NCBI GenBank assembly: GCA_963682135.1
Contig: OY821645.1
Span: forward strand, 448,001 to 512,000
Source of the DNA: Methanothrix sp.
GTDB lineage: Archaea; Halobacteriota; Methanosarcinia; Methanotrichales; Methanotrichaceae
Direction of reading: 5' to 3'
Length of the DNA: 64,000 nucleotides
Of this stretch, positions 58,250 to 64,000 are shown one piece after another. Within the stretch, counting starts at the first letter, position 1; every line of letters begins with the position of its first letter. The notes beneath the pieces are model-generated. The model made no database searches. It was not told the DNA's origin and saw nothing but the letters and a program-made list of their open reading frames with translations. The position numbers were made by a program, and so were the translations under genes.

Positions 58250-58894
58250 ATGAGCCTCGCCCCCCGCCTTCTCAAAGGCGCGATAATCGCCATCGACTCC
58301 GACAACTCCCTGCAGTCCAGCGTGACGGTCTTCCAATACAATCCCCACACCCTGACTCGCCGGCTGGAACCCCAGATGATGGGCGGCGAGAGCAGAACCG
58401 AGCCTCTTCGAATCAAGGGCGCTCCTGTGGAGACGATCGACGTGGAGATAGAGATCGACGCCTCAGACCAGCTGGAGAAGGGGGGTCCTACTGCCTTGGC
58501 TATGGGTATCTACCCTCAGCTCTCCGCCCTGGAGATGCTCGTCTATCCCAAGAGCTCGCGGGTGATCGCTAACGAGAATCTTCTCAAGCAGGGAACCATC
58601 GAGATCATTCCTCCCGAGGCACCACTCACTCTATTCGTCTGGGGGCCGGCCCGAATTCTTCCCGTACAGATAACCAGCTTCAGCATCACCGAAGAGGTCC
58701 ACGACACCTTGCTCAATCCCCTCCAGGCCAAGGTGTCTTTGAGCATGAGGGTCCTCAGCTACAACGACCTTCCCTCGGATCACAAAGGCCATAAAATCTT
58801 CCTGGCCCACCAGGTGGCAAAAGAGGTCATGGCCGCCCTGGGGAGCGCAGGCAGCCTGGGATCAGTGGTGGGGAGCAATTTTAGTATTTTGTAA
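58250..58894 (+). CDS. CIS tube-initiator-like protein (Afp7/Pvc7 N-terminal-like)
   Basis: FQYNP..L.R, LFVWG...LPV.ITSFSITE, P..AKVSLSM. Confidence 0.75.
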   Translation: MSLAPRLLKGAIIAIDSDNSLQSSVTVFQYNPHTLTRRLEPQMMGGESRTEPLRIKGAPVETIDVEIEIDASDQLEKGGPTALAMGIYPQLSALEMLVYPKSSRVIANENLLKQGTIEIIPPEAPLTLFVWGPARILPVQITSFSITEEVHDTLLNPLQAKVSLSMRVLSYNDLPSDHKGHKIFLAHQVAKEVMAALGSAGSLGSVVGSNFSIL

Positions 58895-58917
58895 GTGTAT
58901 TATTATGAGGCGAAATA

Positions 58918-59202
58918 ATGTTTGAATCGACCAGCCGCTACTATCCCCTGGAGACTGCCGTCCACACCATGCAAGACGGCCGCATCGTGGCCTACAAACG
59001 CCGCCGTTTCCTGCCCCGAGGCGAGGAGCTGGACCTTCTCGTGGAGGTGGCAGTGACCGAAGGCGACCGGCTCGACCTGATCACCAGCCGCACCCTGGGC
59101 GATTCGGAATTCTTCTGGCGGATTTGTGACGCCAACGACGCTATGAATCCCTTTGATCTGGCGGCAGAGATCAACCGAAGGCTGAGAGTGCCGGTGCCGT
59201 AA
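58918..59202 (+). CDS. LysM-like baseplate protein
   Basis: EGDRLDLI...LGD...FWRICDAN. Confidence 0.85.
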   Translation: MFESTSRYYPLETAVHTMQDGRIVAYKRRRFLPRGEELDLLVEVAVTEGDRLDLITSRTLGDSEFFWRICDANDAMNPFDLAAEINRRLRVPVP

Positions 59203-59227
59203 TCTGAAAATTCGAGAGGCGATAATT

Positions 59228-60328
59228 CTGAAGGGAGTTTACCTGACGCTTTGGATCGGCAAGGGCGACATCAAACCCGCGAAAAAGGAGCTTATGGAGT
59301 CACTTCAGAGCGTGGAGGTGACTCATAACGACAACGATAGGTCGGGCTTTGAGCTGACCTTCCAGATCAGCCACGGCCAGAAGCTGGACGACCTCAAACC
59401 TTTCAACCGGGTTATTCTCATGGTCACCATCAACTCAGTTAAACAGGTTCTCATGGACGGCATCATATCTTACCATCAGCTCGCTTCCGGAAACGGATCT
59501 GGTGCTTCGATTTTTACCGTCTTTGGCGAAGACGTGAGCATCATGATGGACCTCAAGGAGGAAACGATCTCCCACAAAGGCCAGGACGATGCCACTATTG
59601 CACGGGATATCATCTCAAAATATTCGAGCTATGGCATAACTGCCGATGTCAAATCTCCCAAAGGGGTAAGCCAGCCAGCAGCTAATGACTGGGTCCCAAG
59701 GCAGCAAGCAACAGACCTCGAACACCTCAAGATCATGGCGGATAAGTACGGCTTCGTCTTCTACATCGTGCCCGGACCTGTGGCAGAGAATAGCGTCGCC
59801 TACTGGGGACCGCCCAAATATGAGGGTACCCGTCAGAAGGCCCTCTCGACGAACATGGGCCCCCACAGCAATGTCGAGACGATCAACTTCTCTTACGATT
59901 CTCTCGCTCCCACCCTGGTCAAGGGAAATGTTCAGGATGCAAAGACCAACCAGATCAAGCCCGTTGAGACGAGCTCCAGCCAGCTCAATAAAATCTCGCA
60001 AAATTCTGCGCTTGAGAGTCAGTCCCAGGTCAGGCTCAAACTCCTTCTTCAGAAGTCTGGGAATGATCTCAAAGAGGCTATGGCTCTCGCCCAGGGAATG
60101 ACCGACGCCTCACTCCAAGAGGCTGCGAAGGCAGAAGGTACTCTGAACACTCTGCGTTACGGCGATCTTCTCCTGCCCCGCAAGCTTGTGGGCCTGCGGG
60201 GCGCAGGTCGGGAATACGACGGCGTCTGGTATGTCAAAAAGGTGACCCACAAAATCCAGCGGGGCGAGTACAAACAGAGCTTCACCCTCACCAGAGAGGG
60301 AACCGGACCAAAATCCTCGAAGGTATAG
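59228..60328 (+). CDS. Baseplate hub (gp27/late-control-D-like N-terminal half of VgrG); start probably non-canonical, upstream of ATG 59294
   Basis: GEDVSIMMD, QQATDL, GAG...DG.WYVKKVTH, QSFTL.REG. Confidence 0.8.
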   Translation: MKGVYLTLWIGKGDIKPAKKELMESLQSVEVTHNDNDRSGFELTFQISHGQKLDDLKPFNRVILMVTINSVKQVLMDGIISYHQLASGNGSGASIFTVFGEDVSIMMDLKEETISHKGQDDATIARDIISKYSSYGITADVKSPKGVSQPAANDWVPRQQATDLEHLKIMADKYGFVFYIVPGPVAENSVAYWGPPKYEGTRQKALSTNMGPHSNVETINFSYDSLAPTLVKGNVQDAKTNQIKPVETSSSQLNKISQNSALESQSQVRLKLLLQKSGNDLKEAMALAQGMTDASLQEAAKAEGTLNTLRYGDLLLPRKLVGLRGAGREYDGVWYVKKVTHKIQRGEYKQSFTLTREGTGPKSSKV

Positions 60329-60330
60329 AT

Positions 60331-60891
60331 ATGAGTCCTCAAATTTTCGGAAAACATCGGGGCAAAGTTCAGAACAACAAAGATCCCCTGAAACTGGGCC
60401 GGCTTCAAGTCCAGGTTCCATCGGTTCTGGGAGAAGACCATGACAGCTGGGCCATGCCCTGTGTCCCTTATGCCGGCAAAGGTGTGGGATTTTTCGTCCT
60501 CCCCCCGGTCGGGGCGAACATCTGGGTGGAGTTTGAAGCCGGAAATCCGGATCACCCCATCTGGAGCGGCTGCTTTTGGGGTACCGATGAGGTTCCTGCC
60601 GATCCGCCGGAAGAGAAGATCAGGATCTTCAAGACCGAATCCTTCTCAATAATTCTGGATGAGTCCAAAGGCATGACCCTCGATGTGAAATCGCCCGCGG
60701 TAAAAAAGCCGCTCAAAATGGTCTTCGACTCCTCTGGAATTGAGATCAAAGACGGAGGCTCCTCCATCAAGATGACCGATTCCAAGATATCAGTCAAGTC
60801 GAACGAGATCGAGATCAAGAACAATGCTTTCAGCATCAAGGTGACTGCTTCTAAAGTCACCATCAACGACGGCGCGCTGGAGGTGATCTGA
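60331..60891 (+). CDS. Spike protein (gp5/GpV OB-fold)
   Basis: RG.V.NN.DP...GRLQV.VP, WAMPC.P, LPPVGANIWVEFEAG.PD.PIW.G. Confidence 0.9.
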   Translation: MSPQIFGKHRGKVQNNKDPLKLGRLQVQVPSVLGEDHDSWAMPCVPYAGKGVGFFVLPPVGANIWVEFEAGNPDHPIWSGCFWGTDEVPADPPEEKIRIFKTESFSIILDESKGMTLDVKSPAVKKPLKMVFDSSGIEIKDGGSSIKMTDSKISVKSNEIEIKNNAFSIKVTASKVTINDGALEVI

Positions 60892-60893
60892 AA

Positions 60894-61238
60894 ATGGCTG
60901 ACTTTCTGCAGCATGTGGGGCTCACAGCATTGTGCCCTCATGGCGGTCAGGTATCAGTGGTCTCCACCAATACTCGGGTAAAGGCTATGGGCCAATTCGT
61001 GGCAGTCATGGGAGATATCTATACCATAGCCGGCTGTCCTTTTCAGATTCCTGTGGGCCCGGCTACCAAACCCCAGCCCTGTATCAAAGTCCAGTGGATT
61101 GTCCCAGCCCTGCGGGTGAAGGTGATGGGAAAACAGGTCCTGCTTAAGAGCAGCACTGGAATCTGTCAGAGCGCCGAGATGATACCTCAAGGTCCTCCGA
61201 ATGTGATAATGACCCAGATGAGAGTCAAGGGAGTATGA
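60894..61238 (+). CDS. PAAR-like spike tip protein
   Basis: CPHGG, IAGCPF, PC..VQW, GIC; position after the spike gene. Confidence 0.75.
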   Translation: MADFLQHVGLTALCPHGGQVSVVSTNTRVKAMGQFVAVMGDIYTIAGCPFQIPVGPATKPQPCIKVQWIVPALRVKVMGKQVLLKSSTGICQSAEMIPQGPPNVIMTQMRVKGV

Positions 61239-61241
61239 CAC

Positions 61242-61598
61242 ATGGAAATAGCCTACCCTTTTCGGATCGACAGCCGGGGAAGAACTGCTTCTTCTGATGC
61301 CGAGCGGCACATCCGGGATTTGATTGAGCAGGTCCTGTTCACTGTGCCAGGAGAACGGGTCAACCGGCCGGACTTTGGCTGCGGCCTGATGCAGATCGTA
61401 TTCGCTTCCAACAGCAGTGAATTAGGCTCAGCCACCCGGTTTCTGGTTCAGGGCCAGCTCCAGCAGTGGCTGGGGGAACTCATCCAGGTGGAGGCAGTGA
61501 ATGTGGAAAGCCTCGATTCCACCCTGACGGTGACGGTTCAGTACATTATCCGACGAACTTTGCAGCAGCAAGTGGCACAGTTTTCCCGTGAGGTATAA
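61242..61598 (+). CDS. gp25/GPW baseplate wedge protein
   Basis: IEQVLFT.PGERVNRPDFGCGL. Confidence 0.92.
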   Translation: MEIAYPFRIDSRGRTASSDAERHIRDLIEQVLFTVPGERVNRPDFGCGLMQIVFASNSSELGSATRFLVQGQLQQWLGELIQVEAVNVESLDSTLTVTVQYIIRRTLQQQVAQFSREV

Positions 61599-61599
61599 G

Positions 61600-64000
61600 A
61601 TGGGCATTTTGTATTACTGCAAGAATGAAAAACGACGGACGCTGGTCCGCGGTTGCGAGGTAGTGAACGGTAAGCCCCTCTTCAATGGTATCGATTACCT
61701 GGAGGTCATGCCAGGCCAGACAACTCTGAAGGTTCATTTCATCCACAATCTCCCCGGCCCAGAAGCAGGAGTCGTTGCAGATTCCTATCCGCTATCCAGG
61801 AACAACGTGGTTATTGAGGGAGGCGTCCGGGTCAGAGACATCCGGGTGATATCGGTCAATTCGGGCGGAGAGGTGCTGACAGTCTGCGTGAATGTCCCTG
61901 GAGACTTTTCAACCTACAAGCTCCGCCTGGTCGAGTCGCCGACTTCTCTAAATCCCCCCAAGACATTCGATAAGCAGCTATCTGAGATAAATTTCTCTTT
62001 TAAGGTCAACTGCCCCAGCGATTTTGACTGCAAATCGAGCAAGGTCTGCCCAACAGAAAGCCTGCCAGAGCCGCACATCGATTATCTGGCCAAGGACTAC
62101 GCCAGCTTCCGGAGCCTGATCCTCGACCGTTTGTCAGTCATCATGCCGGACTGGAAGGAGAGAAGCCCTGCCGATCTGGGGATAGTGCTCTCGGAACTGC
62201 TTGCCTACGCGGGTGACTATCTCAGTTATTATCAGGATGCAGTGACGACTGAGGCTTATCTGACCACCGCTCGTAAAAGAATCTCAGTCAGGCGCCATGC
62301 CCGTCTGCTGGACTATCCCATGCACGACGGATGTAACTCCAGAGTCTGGGTCCGTTTCGAGCTTGATGAGGAGTGCGGTAAGGTTATTCTGAAAAGAGAA
62401 GACGAGAAGACAAAACGGCGGACGAAGCTGCTGACAAGATCCGATGGGGGGACGGTGGTGGACTGGGACGACTGGCAGGGCCTGGCTTACGAAAACCAGC
62501 TCGAGGTCTTTGAGCTTCTGCACGACGCCACCCTGTATCCTGCTCATAGCAAGATCGGATTCTATACCTGGGGGGATGAAGAATGCTGCCTGCCGAAGGG
62601 GGCAACCCGCGCGACTTTGGTTGATGACGGCTTGAAACTCCTGGCGGGAGATGTTCTGATCTTCGAGGAGCTATGCGGGCCCAAGACCGGCGAAGAGGCG
62701 GATGCAGATCCCGCTCACAGGCAAGCGGTGAGGTTGATCGATGTAACTTACAGTACCGATCCATTGCAAAACGACCGGAAGATCGCAGAGATACAGTGGC
62801 ATCACGAGGATGCTCTCACTTTTCCGGTTTGTATCTCCTCTCGAATGTCCAAGAAGGAAACGCACGAGATCTCCTGCGCTCGCGGCAATGTGGTCCTGGC
62901 AGATCACGGAGCCACTCACCCGGATGAAGACCTTATACCCGCATCTGTTCCGATGAGCGGAGTGTACCGGCCCCGGCTCGCCCAAGGGAGCATCACCTTT
63001 AGCACTGCTTACGATCATGAAGACGCTCTAAACACATCTGCATTTGCAGCATTCAACCAGGACCCTCAACAGGCGCTTCCTGTTGTGCAGCTGACAGGTG
63101 AAGGCGATCGCTGGCTTGCAAAGCGTGATCTCCTGAACAGTGATCGGTTTGCCTCGGAGTTCGTCGTGGAGACAGAAGACGACGCCACCTCAACGCTTCG
63201 TTTCGGCGATGACGTGACAGGAAGGAGGCCCATACCAGGAACCAGCTTCAAGGCCACTTACAGGGTGGGCAGCGGAAGCGCGGGAAATGTTGGAGCCGAG
63301 GTGATAGGTCATCTTGTCTTCCCCACCGGTCATTTATCCCTGGGTGGGGAGATCAAGGTGATAAATCCGCTTCCTGCTCAGGGGGGCGTCGACCCGGAGC
63401 CAACCTATCAGGTCTCACTCTACGCTCCCAGAGCGTTTCGAAAACAGGAGCGAGCTGTGACCGAAGACGATTACGCAGAGATGGCTTCGCGTCATCCGGA
63501 TGTTTTCAAAGCCGTAGCCACCTTGCGATGGACTGGAAGCTGGTACACCATCTTTGTGAGCATCGACCGAAAAGAGGGTCGAAAGGTCGACTTGTTGTTC
63601 GAGCAGGATCTGCGTCTCTTCCTGGAGCGGTTTCGTCTGGCCGGGCACGACATCGAGATCCAGGGACCGAAATATGTCCCGCTTGATATCGCCTTTAAAG
63701 TCTGCGTTGCGCCCAGCTACTCCAGGAACAGCGTAAAGCAGATTCTTCTTCTGACCTTCAGCAATGTTGCCCTTCCGGACAACAGGCAGGGATTCTTCCA
63801 TCCTGATAATTTCACCTTCGGCCAGCCGGTTTATTTGAGTCGACTGGTGTCGGCAGCTATGCGAATCCCTGGAGTCTTGTGGGTGGAGACACTTCGTTTC
63901 CAGCGTTGGGGCCAGGTGGCCGAAGGGGAGACCGATGCCGGCATGATCAAGATTGACCGGCTGGAGATCGCCCGGCTGGACAACGATCCGAGCTTCCCGG
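61600..64000 (+). CDS. Baseplate J-like assembly protein (partial, absent from the ORF track)
   Basis: Translated from ATG 61600: NGIDYLEV, FSFKVNCPSDFDC, IDYLAKDYASFR, YYQDAV.TEAYL.TAR.R.S.RRHARL, GNVVLADHG, RFGD, QERAVTEDDY. Confidence 0.9.
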   Translation, partial: MGILYYCKNEKRRTLVRGCEVVNGKPLFNGIDYLEVMPGQTTLKVHFIHNLPGPEAGVVADSYPLSRNNVVIEGGVRVRDIRVISVNSGGEVLTVCVNVPGDFSTYKLRLVESPTSLNPPKTFDKQLSEINFSFKVNCPSDFDCKSSKVCPTESLPEPHIDYLAKDYASFRSLILDRLSVIMPDWKERSPADLGIVLSELLAYAGDYLSYYQDAVTTEAYLTTARKRISVRRHARLLDYPMHDGCNSRVWVRFELDEECGKVILKREDEKTKRRTKLLTRSDGGTVVDWDDWQGLAYENQLEVFELLHDATLYPAHSKIGFYTWGDEECCLPKGATRATLVDDGLKLLAGDVLIFEELCGPKTGEEADADPAHRQAVRLIDVTYSTDPLQNDRKIAEIQWHHEDALTFPVCISSRMSKKETHEISCARGNVVLADHGATHPDEDLIPASVPMSGVYRPRLAQGSITFSTAYDHEDALNTSAFAAFNQDPQQALPVVQLTGEGDRWLAKRDLLNSDRFASEFVVETEDDATSTLRFGDDVTGRRPIPGTSFKATYRVGSGSAGNVGAEVIGHLVFPTGHLSLGGEIKVINPLPAQGGVDPEPTYQVSLYAPRAFRKQERAVTEDDYAEMASRHPDVFKAVATLRWTGSWYTIFVSIDRKEGRKVDLLFEQDLRLFLERFRLAGHDIEIQGPKYVPLDIAFKVCVAPSYSRNSVKQILLLTFSNVALPDNRQGFFHPDNFTFGQPVYLSRLVSAAMRIPGVLWVETLRFQRWGQVAEGETDAGMIKIDRLEIARLDNDPSFP

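Larger units (their letters stand above)
48334..64000 (+). other. Extracellular contractile injection system (eCIS/PLTS) gene cluster, continuing past the window
   Basis: Sheath, tube, DUF4255, AAA ATPase, DUF4157, LysM, split VgrG, PAAR-like, gp25 and baseplate J genes; no capsid, terminase or integrase. Confidence 0.92.

Noticed and set aside
48334-64000. Prophage or T6SS
   Set aside because: No capsid, portal, terminase or integrase and no TssJLM/ClpV in the window; DUF4255, DUF4157 and the ATPase point to eCIS.

Overview
Archaeal chromosomal window. Gene content and GAGGTGA-type ribosome-binding sites suggest a Methanosarcinales/Methanotrichales methanogen such as Methanothrix (inference). 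Housekeeping blocks are thrS (3' end), ygiQ-like radical SAM, polX, purSQL, nurA-herA-mre11-rad50, korAB-rubredoxin-ferritin and a glcD/glcF-like pair. Three accessory regions stand out. (1) At ~12.2-19.1 kb, an island carries small cargo genes (intact and decayed VapBC pairs, an extended acylphosphatase, a divergent nitrilase-fold ORF), with five same-orientation GC-rich hairpin repeats between the central ones; a 202-bp duplication starts inside one repeat, suggesting a cassette-like array. (2) At ~27.6-32.7 kb, a divergent sulfur/Fe-S locus pairs DUF2193-DUF2180-aquaporin with tusA-dsrE-iscS-iscU, and the IscS lacks its PLP lysine. (3) From 48.3 kb to the window end lies an extracellular contractile injection system (eCIS) with a 43-aa tandem-repeat protein and a DUF4157 protein whose AT-rich HNH-like nuclease tip is followed by a scar suggesting tip replacement. 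All family calls come from motif recognition by eye; no searches were run.
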